Source: Candidatus Aenigmatarchaeota archaeon (GTDB taxonomy: Archaea > Aenigmatarchaeota > Aenigmatarchaeia > PWEA01 > JACQIF01). Taken from it: a stretch of DNA of 64,000 bases. This document shows, piece after piece, positions 37,305 through 46,814 of the stretch. The notes beneath the pieces are model-generated. The model had not been told where the DNA came from. It saw nothing but the letters and a program-made list of their open reading frames with translations, and did not search any database. Numbering within the stretch: position 1 is the stretch's first letter; each line of letters starts with the position of its first letter. Where the stretch lies: NCBI GenBank assembly GCA_016432325.1, contig CP066684.1, positions 1 through 64,000 of the forward strand, in the 5' to 3' direction. A program made the position numbers and the translations under genes.

Positions 37305-38204
37305 CTAAGCCGTCACAACTTCCGGCTCCTTCCCCACGATAACAGTATGCTCGGCCTGCGCGACTGGCGCGTCCGACACTTCGCGCAGAGGCGGATATTC
37401 GTACAGCGAGCCGTTCTCCACAAGACCCTTTATGACGAGCGCGAGCTTGGCCGGCGTCACGTTGGCGTCACTGACGAGCCAGCGTTTCGCAAAAGGCAGG
37501 CGTGCGTAACGCTCACGCGCAATCTGCAGTATCTTCGTGCTCTCGGGCAGGCGCGTGTGGCGGTCCGATGTCCACCTGTATATTTGCGTGCCTGACGTTT
37601 CCTTTACCATTCCGACTCCTGTCGTGACGAACGGTTCTATCGCGAAGACGTCGCCTTCTTTCAGGACGTATGGAGATTTCGTTCCAATATTCGGTATCGC
37701 AGGAGCCGTATGGACCTCGTACTGGCCGACTCCGTGGCCTGTGAGGTTCACGACAGGATTGAAGCCGGCGTCCCGAATTGTTTTTTCTATTGCAGCAGAG
37801 ACGTCGCCTATCGTGTTTCCCGGAACCATGAGTTTGATGGCGTTTTGCAGGGCAAGCTCGGCCGCCGCCTTCAGCTTCCCGCCGAGTTCATTCTTCCCTA
37901 CAACCACCGTAACGGCCGTGTCAGAAACCCATCCGTCGACGTGCGCTCCGATGTCGAGTTTCACGACGTCCCCGTCTTTGAATACGCGCGTGTCGCCGTG
38001 CGACGGCAGGTCGTGCGCAGCGGTGTGATTGAATGAAACGTTGCAGGGGAACGCAGGCGCGGCTCCGAGTTCGCGTATCTTTTTCTCCACGGCCTCCGCG
38101 ACGTCGAGCGCACGCGCGCCTTCCTTGACAAGTTTCGCTCCGTAGTCTCTGGCTTCGGAGGCTATCTTTCCGGCCTTGCGCACGCTCTCTGTTTGCTCTG
38201 GCAT
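37305..38204 (-). CDS. map: Methionine aminopeptidase type II
   Basis: AFPCN, DIGAHVDG..SDTA, NLTGH, AIEPF, QAEHT. Confidence 0.97.
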   Translation of the reverse strand: MPEQTESVRKAGKIASEARDYGAKLVKEGARALDVAEAVEKKIRELGAAPAFPCNVSFNHTAAHDLPSHGDTRVFKDGDVVKLDIGAHVDGWVSDTAVTVVVGKNELGGKLKAAAELALQNAIKLMVPGNTIGDVSAAIEKTIRDAGFNPVVNLTGHGVGQYEVHTAPAIPNIGTKSPYVLKEGDVFAIEPFVTTGVGMVKETSGTQIYRWTSDRHTRLPESTKILQIARERYARLPFAKRWLVSDANVTPAKLALVIKGLVENGSLYEYPPLREVSDAPVAQAEHTVIVGKEPEVVTA

Positions 38205-38243
38205 GTTATCGACCAGCGTAGCGGCGTCAAGAATATAAGAGCG

Positions 38244-38549
38244 TTACGATTTAATTTCATACTTCTTCCATCCCACCTCTCTCATCTGTCCGTTGGGAAG
38301 ACTGTGCGAGTCGCACCACGCGTCGTATTCTCTCTTGAGAAGAGGAAGGTCTCGTCCGTTGCCGTTACGGGCCTTTTCCTCGAGGCCTACGACGATCGCG
38401 TGCGCTTTGAAGCCGCACGCCATGACAAGATTGGCGAAGCTTTCGGAGTCATGCGATTTCATCTCGTCCAACGGACCGTACTCGGCCTCCAGTAGCTTGC
38501 AGTACTTGTCAAAGTCGTCTGTAACAAAGTCGCTATACACGTCTGCCAT
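38244..38549 (-). CDS. Hypothetical protein
   Basis: 101-aa ORF only. Confidence 0.5.
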   Translation of the reverse strand: MADVYSDFVTDDFDKYCKLLEAEYGPLDEMKSHDSESFANLVMACGFKAHAIVVGLEEKARNGNGRDLPLLKREYDAWCDSHSLPNGQMREVGWKKYEIKS

Positions 38550-38591
38550 ATAGCTCTGGAATTAAGGCGAGAAAGCATAAAAAGGGCTTTG

Positions 38592-38828
38592 TTACTCGTA
38601 GCCTATCGCGTGTTCGTTGTACGCCTCTGCAATCTTGAAGCCCGAGTAGCCGTTTATCGCGGCCGCTATCGCTATGGCAAGCGTACCAGAAACGGGTTCT
38701 GCGGGGAGAAGCACGCCGCCGATGGCTGCGAGAATCGTGCCTGTCGCGACGTTCGCCCCGTGCACGGGCACGTCGTGTGTTTGCGACCGCGAATACAGAG
38801 AGCGTTTGAGAGACGGAGTGTGGACCAT
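38592..38828 (-). CDS. Small hydrophobic hypothetical protein
   Basis: 78 aa with two hydrophobic segments; TTTAAA box upstream. Confidence 0.5.
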   Translation of the reverse strand: MVHTPSLKRSLYSRSQTHDVPVHGANVATGTILAAIGGVLLPAEPVSGTLAIAIAAAINGYSGFKIAEAYNEHAIGYE

Positions 38829-38845
38829 GGCTACATTATGGCCGA

Positions 38846-39208
38846 TTAGAGATTTAAACGTGCTTTAGAGCCCCTTTTGAACAGTTTGCCCAGTCCGGGA
38901 CGCAGCTCCAGAACGTACGCGCACGCCGCGCACGGTTTGTATATCTTCCATGTCAGGGGGTTGAGCTTCCAAGGCGTCGCTTCCTGCACATCGACGACAA
39001 TCCCGTTTCTATCCACGAACACCAGATCCATCGGAACGCAGAAAGGCATCTCCACTCCCCATCGCGCTTCGCGCGGGAACACGAAGAGCATGCCGTCTCC
39101 GACGTCACGCCACGAACGAAACATCATCCCGCGCATCTGGGAGAGAATGTTAAACACGGCGCGAACGCGAAGAGTCCTGCCGTGAACCGTCACTGTCGTA
39201 TTTTTCAT
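38846..39208 (-). CDS. DUF192 family protein
   Basis: RGMMFR, GMLFVF, PMDLVFVD, YVLEL. Confidence 0.85.
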   Translation of the reverse strand: MKNTTVTVHGRTLRVRAVFNILSQMRGMMFRSWRDVGDGMLFVFPREARWGVEMPFCVPMDLVFVDRNGIVVDVQEATPWKLNPLTWKIYKPCAACAYVLELRPGLGKLFKRGSKARLNL

Positions 39209-39864
39209 CAGATCGCGACCTCTTGAGGCGCCTTCACGAACAGTTTGAGCAGTTCGGGGATACTTCCTACGAGCATCTCGGGGTTTGATGCCAGCAGGCC
39301 TTTCGAAGTCAGGTCCGCGAGCACGCCTATGAACAGCATCTCCGCCGCGTCCGCAGCTCCCTTGTCTCTCCACGAGTCGCCGACGTAGGCGCACTGGTCA
39401 GGACGGATGCGCATATCCTTCGCGGTCTTTAGAAGTATTTCGGGGTCGGGTTTCGGCCTGTGGATGTCCTCGGCGGTTACGATGTCGTCTATCAGATGCA
39501 TCGGCACCATCCTCTTCACTGGGCCGAGATATGAGCCGCTTGAGATGGCGACCTTAAAGCCGCGCTTCTTGAGCGCTTCGATAGTGCGTACGTTCTCGTG
39601 CGGTATGCTCTCTTTTGATATGAGTTTCATGTACTCGCGCATCTTGAAATCGCTTATCCTCTTCACCGTCTTGTCGTCTGCGGTCGGAAGGAGAGTTCTT
39701 ATTATCTGGTCCTGCGGCACGCCAAACAGGTCCACGAGGTCGCTTTCCTGCATATCATAGCCGAACTTCCTGAACGCAGTTCTGAAAGAGAGAAAATGCA
39801 AACGGTTCGTCTGGGGAGCGAACGTCCCGTCGAAGTCGAAGATTACCGCGCGTATGGTGTGCAT
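39208..39864 (-). CDS. HAD-superfamily phosphatase
   Basis: IFDFDGT, KPDPE, YVGDS..D. Confidence 0.92.
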   Translation of the reverse strand: MHTIRAVIFDFDGTFAPQTNRLHFLSFRTAFRKFGYDMQESDLVDLFGVPQDQIIRTLLPTADDKTVKRISDFKMREYMKLISKESIPHENVRTIEALKKRGFKVAISSGSYLGPVKRMVPMHLIDDIVTAEDIHRPKPDPEILLKTAKDMRIRPDQCAYVGDSWRDKGAADAAEMLFIGVLADLTSKGLLASNPEMLVGSIPELLKLFVKAPQEVAI

Positions 39865-39866
39865 GT

Positions 39867-42356
39867 TCAGACCTTCTTCACAAACTTTCTTATGGTTGCT
39901 TGCGTGCCCATTCCCTTTAACTCTTCTTCTGTCACGCCCAGCACTTGCAGGACGCGCATTCCTGCAGGAACTATCTGGTTGTTTATGTAGTACTCGGCGT
40001 CTGTGCGCTCGACCGACGCGTCTTCGATAGGCTCGGCTCTCTGAGATATTGAACCCTTGCCCTCTGTTATAACATATACCACAATCATGCCCGGTCCATA
40101 TGGCCGCCCGCGCTCCTTTATCTTGCGCGCGGCGACCACGTGCGGGCCTATCTGTTTGTACTCTTCCAAGCGTTTGGTCAGCTGCTCGTGAATCGTGAGC
40201 TCCTTTATATCGACTTTCTTCTTGCGCACGCGTTCTACGACGCTCTTCATGTACGCGATCGCGCCTTCCTTGTCCTTTTTCTTCAGAACGTAGACGAGCA
40301 CGTTTCGCTGCACTTCCTTCGCCAGTTCGCACCAGTCGCGTCGCACAGTTTCGAGGCCGCGTATGGTAAGCGCGCCTTTAGAGTCTATAAGCGCGTAGCG
40401 TTTCTTGGCCGTGCCGCGCTCGGAAAGCTTTGCTTTCCGGCGTGCCGAAGCGGCCTTGCCGTTTCGTGCATAGCCTGCGCCTTTGGGAATGAAGACGCCG
40501 CGCTCGTAGATTCCCTGAAGCTCGAGCTCCATTATTCCGGGCAACTTCTTGTTCATCTGCTCGATGAACTGCGCGGCTGACTTGCCGATGTCCTTGGCCT
40601 TATCTCTTTTGACGAAACACGAATCCGTGTCCGCATAGACGACGGTGAAACCGGCCTTCTCGGCCTCCCCCATCGTTAAACTAATGTAGTATCTTCCGAA
40701 GGCCGCGCTCGCTTCCGCGCATTCGTAGCAGTACCATTTCGCGCCTGTGTATGCTAACGCTCCGTAAGAGGCGTTGGCCACCATCTTCAGCGCCTGCTCC
40801 TCAAGTTTGAGGTCCTTGTACTCTTGGGAGGCAGGCTTTAGCTTTTGCAGGCGTTCCTTGACAGCGACGCGAGCCTCGATTAATCCACGAACAGCCGCGG
40901 AATAGAAACCCTGCTTCTTCTTGCAGAAGTGGCGCTTCATGCCGGGAACTTTGTATCCATCTGTTTTGCAGCAATCGCAGTCCAGCGTCTCCGGGGATAT
41001 GTTGTGCGACGCGATTATCGAAGGATACAGGGAGCGGAAGTCCATCACCGCAATCTTTTCTTGTATTCCGCCGAGAGGCTCCCTGACGAAGCCTCCCACG
41101 TATGCCGGGCGCGCCCGCCGAGCCTCTATCTCGTCGAACCTCGGCTGGTTGGGGCTTATGCGGCCTTCTGCGTGCGCGCGTCTCACCAAATGCCACTCGA
41201 CCAATTGCGAATAAGACATGCGCGAGACGTCGAAAGGCGGCTGTCCCACCACGCGCGCAATCCCAAGAACTTCCGGAAGGAATTCGTTGGCCAGGCGGAA
41301 CGTCAGCTCGGAGTCTTTCAGGTTGTATTCGGCGAACTTTCCCAGATTGCGTTCGCTTCTCCACGCCTCGACCATCTGCTCGTACGCCAGCTCTATCTTT
41401 CTGTCTCCCAGAATCTCCGCCGCGACTGCGTCGAGCGTCAAAGTTTCCGTGTCCAGATGGTATTTCAGAACGTTGTTCACCAGCGCGTAGAGGTCGAGAT
41501 GCACGCGGCCGTTGAGACGCGCTGACGAGACGCGCATGCGGCGTACGGACGTGACCTCTTCGCCGTCTCGCGAAAGCACGAGCTTCACTTTCAGTTCGTC
41601 GCACCGTTCGCGCAGCAGCGCAAAATCAAACTCGTCTCCGTTGTATGTAACGAGAACGTCGGGGTCTGCCTCGTTTATCGTTTCGATTAGTTTTTCGATC
41701 AGTTCCTTCTCGTTGGCCACGACCGTTACGTATGCGCCGTACCTAGCCTTCTTGTAAGTGAAGACGCGTTTCGTGCTGCCGTAGACAGACGCCATGATTA
41801 TGTGCGGTTTGCCTGCCTCTTCGTATGACTCAAGATCGAATGCGAGGACGCGCAGTTTGGGCGCGACTGTCTGTTTCGACTGCGTTATCTTCTCCGCCTT
41901 TACAACCACGCCGAACTTCCAGTCGCTCTTCACGTTTTCGCCGTCGACTTCATACCACGCGCCCGGCGCGAGCGAACGGTCTATCAGATACCGCCTGTAG
42001 AAATTTACCGCATACTCGTAACAGCCGTCGTGTCCTATTTCTTTGAAACTTTTTAATGCGTCGCGGAGGTTAGGCACGTCGGACGGCGTGGACGCGTACA
42101 CCTTGAGGACGTCTCTCTCTTCTGCGCCGAGCTTTCTTTTTACGACTTCGACGCGCGCCACTTTGGGTTCCTTTATCGCGGCGATTCTGTTCTGCAGTTC
42201 TTTCGTCATTGTTTTCGGAACCGCGTAGAGGTAAGGTTCGTATGTATCTAACACGCACACCGAGCGTCCGTTCGCGTCGACTCCGAACAGGCGCACCAGC
42301 GGTCTGCCGTTCTCAACCACGTAGTCGGCGTCCAGAAGGTAAAACGCGAGCTTCAT
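39867..42356 (-). CDS. polB: Family B DNA polymerase with intact exonuclease and polymerase motifs
   Basis: FDLE, YNGDEFD, YNLKD, DFRSLYPS, KMVANASYG, YADTDS, KKRY, GLETVRRDW. Confidence 0.97.
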   Translation of the reverse strand: MKLAFYLLDADYVVENGRPLVRLFGVDANGRSVCVLDTYEPYLYAVPKTMTKELQNRIAAIKEPKVARVEVVKRKLGAEERDVLKVYASTPSDVPNLRDALKSFKEIGHDGCYEYAVNFYRRYLIDRSLAPGAWYEVDGENVKSDWKFGVVVKAEKITQSKQTVAPKLRVLAFDLESYEEAGKPHIIMASVYGSTKRVFTYKKARYGAYVTVVANEKELIEKLIETINEADPDVLVTYNGDEFDFALLRERCDELKVKLVLSRDGEEVTSVRRMRVSSARLNGRVHLDLYALVNNVLKYHLDTETLTLDAVAAEILGDRKIELAYEQMVEAWRSERNLGKFAEYNLKDSELTFRLANEFLPEVLGIARVVGQPPFDVSRMSYSQLVEWHLVRRAHAEGRISPNQPRFDEIEARRARPAYVGGFVREPLGGIQEKIAVMDFRSLYPSIIASHNISPETLDCDCCKTDGYKVPGMKRHFCKKKQGFYSAAVRGLIEARVAVKERLQKLKPASQEYKDLKLEEQALKMVANASYGALAYTGAKWYCYECAEASAAFGRYYISLTMGEAEKAGFTVVYADTDSCFVKRDKAKDIGKSAAQFIEQMNKKLPGIMELELQGIYERGVFIPKGAGYARNGKAASARRKAKLSERGTAKKRYALIDSKGALTIRGLETVRRDWCELAKEVQRNVLVYVLKKKDKEGAIAYMKSVVERVRKKKVDIKELTIHEQLTKRLEEYKQIGPHVVAARKIKERGRPYGPGMIVVYVITEGKGSISQRAEPIEDASVERTDAEYYINNQIVPAGMRVLQVLGVTEEELKGMGTQATIRKFVKKV
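40413..40475. repeat. Branched palindromic element in-frame within polB
   Basis: CGGAAAGC-TTT-GCTTTCCG and CGAAGCGGC-CTT-GCCGTTTCG hairpins; aligns to 24714-24774. Confidence 0.75.
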
Positions 42357-42416
42357 GAAGAGACTAGGACCCCGAAATATAAGCGCTTTAAATAGCTATT
42401 TCAAAACCATCTCTCC

Positions 42417-43352
42417 ATGAATCCCGTAAAAGACATCGCGTTTACGAGAGACACCAACGACCTGATAAAGCAGTTCTCCGAATCGGGCGGCTTCACGGCC
42501 AAGAAGCTCGCTGATGGCGTGGACATTCTTGAAACAGCGTCGAAGGAATGTACGCTTATGCTGTCGTTCCCTGCGGCGCTCATAGCTACAGGCACCCGCG
42601 GCGTCGTTCGTGACCTCGTCAAGAACAAACTCGTCTCGGCCATAATGACGACGAGCGGGACTCTGGACCACGACCTCGCGCGCCTGTGGCAGGATTATTA
42701 TCATGGCTCCTTCGACGCGGACGACGCAGAACTGCACAGGAAAGGAATCAACCGCCTTGGAAACATTTTCGTGCCGAACGAGTCTTACGGAGAGGTTCTG
42801 GAACAGAAACTGCAGCCGATGTTCAAGAGACTCTACGACGAAGGCCTGAGAGACTTCTCAACGAGGGAACTTGTCTGGAAAGTAGGCGAGCATATCGCAA
42901 ACGAAAAGAAAGCCGAAGAGTCCATCACGTATTGGGCGTGGAAGAATAAGATACCCATTTTCGTTCCGGGTCCGGCAGACGGGGCGTTCGGCTACCAGCT
43001 CTGGCTCTTCTGGCAGGACGGTCACAAGGACTTCACTGTGAACGTGCTGAAGGACGAGAGCGAACTCAACGCGCTCGTGCACGACGCGAAAAAACTCGCG
43101 GCTCTGATGATAGGAGGCGGAATTTCCAAGCACCACACGATATGGTGGAGCCAGTTCCGCGGCGGGTTGGATTATGCCGTGCAGATCACATCCGCGGTCG
43201 AATGGGACGGTTCGTTGTCCGGCGCGCGCACGCGCGAAGCCGTCTCGTGGGGCAAGATAAAGGAGAAAGCGAAGCACGTCACCATAGAAGGAGACGCGAG
43301 CGTTCTTCTTCCGCTGATGGTTTCTGCGCTGATGCAGAGGCTCAATATTTGA
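42417..43352 (+). CDS. dys: Deoxyhypusine synthase
   Basis: GGFTA, NRLGN, GGGISKHH, DGSLSGA, EAVSWGK. Confidence 0.96.
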   Translation: MNPVKDIAFTRDTNDLIKQFSESGGFTAKKLADGVDILETASKECTLMLSFPAALIATGTRGVVRDLVKNKLVSAIMTTSGTLDHDLARLWQDYYHGSFDADDAELHRKGINRLGNIFVPNESYGEVLEQKLQPMFKRLYDEGLRDFSTRELVWKVGEHIANEKKAEESITYWAWKNKIPIFVPGPADGAFGYQLWLFWQDGHKDFTVNVLKDESELNALVHDAKKLAALMIGGGISKHHTIWWSQFRGGLDYAVQITSAVEWDGSLSGARTREAVSWGKIKEKAKHVTIEGDASVLLPLMVSALMQRLNI

Positions 43353-43599
43353 GAATCCAGTATTTCTCTGTTTTATCTCCTGTGTGAACGGTCTCTATTT
43401 CCAACACGCCTTCTTTTGAGAGATCCATGAACCGCTCTCTTATTTCTGGGTCCAAGCCCACGTCAGGTATCTTTCCATCAAGATCCGGTGGGATGGAGAG
43501 TCCGTCCGCCGCTCCGTGTGCTGCTTCATCTGATAGACCGCCTTCTACCAGAACGGAATAGACTCTGTATCTCAAATCCGTTTCTGTTCGAGCGTCCAT
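43342..43599 (-). CDS. Small hypothetical protein
   Basis: 85-aa ORF with TTTAAA box upstream. Confidence 0.45.
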   Translation of the reverse strand: MDARTETDLRYRVYSVLVEGGLSDEAAHGAADGLSIPPDLDGKIPDVGLDPEIRERFMDLSKEGVLEIETVHTGDKTEKYWILKY

Positions 43600-43621
43600 G
43601 ACAAAAGATTCCCTCCAACGT

Positions 43622-44629
43622 TTAAATCCCTTTGTTTTGCGAGACTATCGACGCTCCATAGAAAGATCCAAGAACCAGACCCGCGGCGAGAGGAATCCAG
43701 TAGCTTATCAGGCGCTCGATTATTACAGCAGCAGCAGCCGCGTGCAGCGGCACGCCCAGAAGAACGAGTGCTCCAATCATGCCGCCCTCCATCAGGCCGA
43801 GACCGCCGGGCGTCGACGGCACGGTTGACAAGAGCAGGCTGACCCCCAGTACGACAACGATGACGGGCAATCCAACATTCGCCCCGACAGCCGCCAATAC
43901 GAGCGCGAAGCGCAGCATGTCGAAGAACCTCTGGGCGAGAGTGGTCGCGACTGCAATCGAGAGGGCGCGCGGATCCGAAAGACTCTCCTTGAAAACCTTC
44001 TGGAACTTTACGATGCGTGTGCGCAAGTCATGCACGCGGCTCCGTACGTTCGTACTTCTCGAGGACAGCCATTTGAGAGAGCCGTGTGCGAAGCGTGTGT
44101 GCGCGGCGAGAGAGACGAAGACGCCAATCACGACTGTTGCGGCTACGAGGCCCGCTATCATCAATGCAAGAAGCGACGTCTCAACGCCTATTACGAAAGC
44201 GGCTGTCGCGACTGCCACGAACATGGCTGTCAGGGAAACCAAGGCGTCCACGGACAGTTCCGCGGCCACTGTCGCGAGTCCGACACGCATCGGCACACCG
44301 CATTCCCGTTTCAATAGATACGCGCGTACGGGTTCGCCTGCGAACTTGGCCAACGGCGTGACGCCGTTGACGGCCATTCCAACGAACAGGTTGGCGTACA
44401 TGCTCGCGAATGGAACGTTGTAGCCGCTTCGCTGGACGAAAACTTTCCATCTTAATGTCCAGGCGACGGAAGAAAGAATGAACGCCGCGAATGCGAGAGC
44501 GACTATGTTGGGAGGGGCCGATATGAGAAGAGGAGCCAACTGGCCGAGGCCGACTGCGTTAAACTCCACAACAACGGCGACGATTCCAAGAAGAAACAGG
44601 AATACGGCAGCGTACCGTTTGAGAACCAT
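43622..44629 (-). CDS. Flippase-like / lysylphosphatidylglycerol synthase TM (UPF0104) protein
   Basis: RW, TP....GEPVRA, PGGLGLMEG, ERLISYW. Confidence 0.88.
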   Translation of the reverse strand: MVLKRYAAVFLFLLGIVAVVVEFNAVGLGQLAPLLISAPPNIVALAFAAFILSSVAWTLRWKVFVQRSGYNVPFASMYANLFVGMAVNGVTPLAKFAGEPVRAYLLKRECGVPMRVGLATVAAELSVDALVSLTAMFVAVATAAFVIGVETSLLALMIAGLVAATVVIGVFVSLAAHTRFAHGSLKWLSSRSTNVRSRVHDLRTRIVKFQKVFKESLSDPRALSIAVATTLAQRFFDMLRFALVLAAVGANVGLPVIVVVLGVSLLLSTVPSTPGGLGLMEGGMIGALVLLGVPLHAAAAAVIIERLISYWIPLAAGLVLGSFYGASIVSQNKGI

Positions 44630-44688
44630 GGCACTATTGGCGTGTGCAGCAATAAATGGTTTAAATCGTTTCCACTTCCAATATAGTT

Positions 44689-45222
44689 ATGCCAATAAAG
44701 GGTCGTGTTCATCAGCTAAGCGTAAAGCCAAGCACGCCGGGAGAAGTGGGCCTGCCCAAACTTGCTATTCCTCAGGCGGCAGTCACGCGTCTCGGAATGG
44801 CCGGTGATTACAATCAGTATAGGCAGGAAGTGCACGAGCCTCTCGGAGACGAGAGAATGGCACTGCTTTTGATGCCGCTTGAAACCATTTGGCAGTTGAA
44901 CGACGAAGACTGGCCTGTCAAGCCCGGAGACCTCGGAGAGAACATAACAACAGAGGGCATTCCTTACGGTGCTTTCGGAACGCAGATCAATAAGGGCCTC
45001 AAGTACGAACTGATCTCCGGCCACACGTTCAATATAGGGAACGACCTTGTTGCAGAGGTGGCCAAAGTCTGCAATCCCTGCCATAATCTCATGGAGCTCC
45101 CGTACGTCGGGAAGGAGAACTTCGCGGAGTTTTGCCGGACGCTTCTCGGAAGACGCGGTTGGTACGCGAGAGTTCTGGACGAGGGAACAGTGGATAGAGG
45201 AGCTCGAATCACACGGTTGTAG
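44689..45222 (+). CDS. MOSC domain protein
   Basis: GLPK, GMAGD, PGDLGENITTEG, CNPC, RRGWYARVLDEGTV. Confidence 0.9.
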   Translation: MPIKGRVHQLSVKPSTPGEVGLPKLAIPQAAVTRLGMAGDYNQYRQEVHEPLGDERMALLLMPLETIWQLNDEDWPVKPGDLGENITTEGIPYGAFGTQINKGLKYELISGHTFNIGNDLVAEVAKVCNPCHNLMELPYVGKENFAEFCRTLLGRRGWYARVLDEGTVDRGARITRL

Positions 45223-45223
45223 T

Positions 45224-46435
45224 TTATACCAGCGCCGTCGCCAGCTTCAGGAGAGAAGGCTTCTTCATGAGCACTTTCGCAAGAACGCTCAACCTTTTGC
45301 CGTGGCAAAGCTCCATTATGGTCTCCCCGTCCAGGCTGTCCGCGAGCATGTCCATGTCCTCGTCGGCTATCTTCTCCATCACTTCGCGCACTTTTTCCAC
45401 ATTGCGGAGCATGTTCCCGCGCTCTGTCCACCAGCGTTCGTTGTACGTTGCGAGCGCCTTCGCCGAGAAGTCGTTCTTCTGTTTGGCCTCTGCGAGCACG
45501 TGCCCCAGTATGTAGCCGGCTCTCTGGGCTTCGCCTATCCCGCCGCCGTGTATCGGGTTCACCTGGTGAGCCGCGTCTCCGACAGCCGCGAAGCCGTTCA
45601 GAACCATGTTCTTCAGGAAGCCTCCGACAGGGATGCCTCCGCATACGGTGTTGACGATAGAACCTTTCCTTATACCGGGCTGCGTCGCAATCCACGCGTC
45701 CAGATATTGTTTGGCCGTCTTCTCGTAGCCCATGGAACCGATGCCTATACCGACGTTCGCGCGGTCGTCGCCCTTGGGGAATATCCAGACGTAGCCGCGC
45801 GGCGAAATCTTCGAGCCGAAGTATATTATGAGCTTGCGCGGATCCTCCATCTCGATGTCGACCATCTCGTACTGGTAGCCCGAGTCAGTCGTCTTCAGCA
45901 TCAGCGTCGAGCGCAAGCCGGCCATGCGCGTGATGCGTCCTTCGACGCCGTCCGCCCCGACAACGGCGTTGCACTTTATCTCGAAATCATCGCTCTCAAA
46001 GTTGCCTTTGACGCCTGTTATGTACGTTTCTCCGTTCTTCTGTTCCTTGACGAGTTGCGTAATCTCGGTTTTGGCTTGCACGTACGCGCCTTTGCGCGCC
46101 GCCTGCTGCGCGAGCCACGCGTCATACATCTTGCGTTCGAGAATATAACCGACTGTCTCTCCAAAGTCTATGACGACCTTCTTGCCGTTTGGAGAATAGA
46201 CTATCGCGCCGTCTATCTCCTGCGCGTAGACCTGGCGAGGAAGCTTGTCGACCATTCCCAGCGCTTGGACCGCGTAGATGCTCAGGCCTTCGCCGCATCG
46301 GACAGGGATTCCTATTTCCTGACGTTTTTCTAGAAGTGCGGTCTTGAGTCCGAGCTCTGCGCACTTGCGCGCTGTGGCCGAACCGCCTGGTCCTGCGCCC
46401 ACGACAACAACATCATATTCAGAACCCAGAACCAT
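45224..46435 (-). CDS. Geranylgeranyl reductase family (DGGGPL reductase-like)
   Basis: GAGPGG, PVRCGEG, YVWIFP, GDAA..VNPIHGGGI. Confidence 0.93.
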   Translation of the reverse strand: MVLGSEYDVVVVGAGPGGSATARKCAELGLKTALLEKRQEIGIPVRCGEGLSIYAVQALGMVDKLPRQVYAQEIDGAIVYSPNGKKVVIDFGETVGYILERKMYDAWLAQQAARKGAYVQAKTEITQLVKEQKNGETYITGVKGNFESDDFEIKCNAVVGADGVEGRITRMAGLRSTLMLKTTDSGYQYEMVDIEMEDPRKLIIYFGSKISPRGYVWIFPKGDDRANVGIGIGSMGYEKTAKQYLDAWIATQPGIRKGSIVNTVCGGIPVGGFLKNMVLNGFAAVGDAAHQVNPIHGGGIGEAQRAGYILGHVLAEAKQKNDFSAKALATYNERWWTERGNMLRNVEKVREVMEKIADEDMDMLADSLDGETIMELCHGKRLSVLAKVLMKKPSLLKLATALV

Positions 46436-46444
46436 ATGTTCACC

Positions 46445-46672
46445 TTAATGAGCGTGTTGCTTTGCCTTCGGGGGCTCGACTTTGATGCATCCTATCGGGC
46501 AGACCTTCTCGCAGAGCGTGCAGTGCGTGCACTTCTCCTCTATGAAATGTATTCCCCCGCGTTCCGTGAGGTCCAGCGCGAGAGGCGGGCACACGCCCAC
46601 GCAAGCGCCGCATCTGAGGCACTTGTCGTCGTCTATCGTCCAGCCCTGTTCCTGTCTGATGCCTTGATCCAT
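46445..46672 (-). CDS. 2x[4Fe-4S] ferredoxin
   Basis: CLRCGACVGVCP and CTHCTLCEKVCP. Confidence 0.92.
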   Translation of the reverse strand: MDQGIRQEQGWTIDDDKCLRCGACVGVCPPLALDLTERGGIHFIEEKCTHCTLCEKVCPIGCIKVEPPKAKQHAH

Positions 46673-46814
46673 GAACTTCACCTTTTCCTCATGGACTTTT
46701 GAAACAGCAGTTTCATTTGGTCCATGCGTTACGTGAGACGCGCGTCTTAAATAGGTTGTGTCGGCGAAGTTTTGATTTGTGTGTTTCAGGAGTAAACGAG
46801 ATGGCACCATTTTC

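Noticed and set aside
14684-46333. Long antisense or alternative-frame ORFs (e.g. 14684-15799, 21253-22227, 45047-46333)
   Set aside because: Shadow ORFs of GC-rich genuine genes with no recognisable motifs
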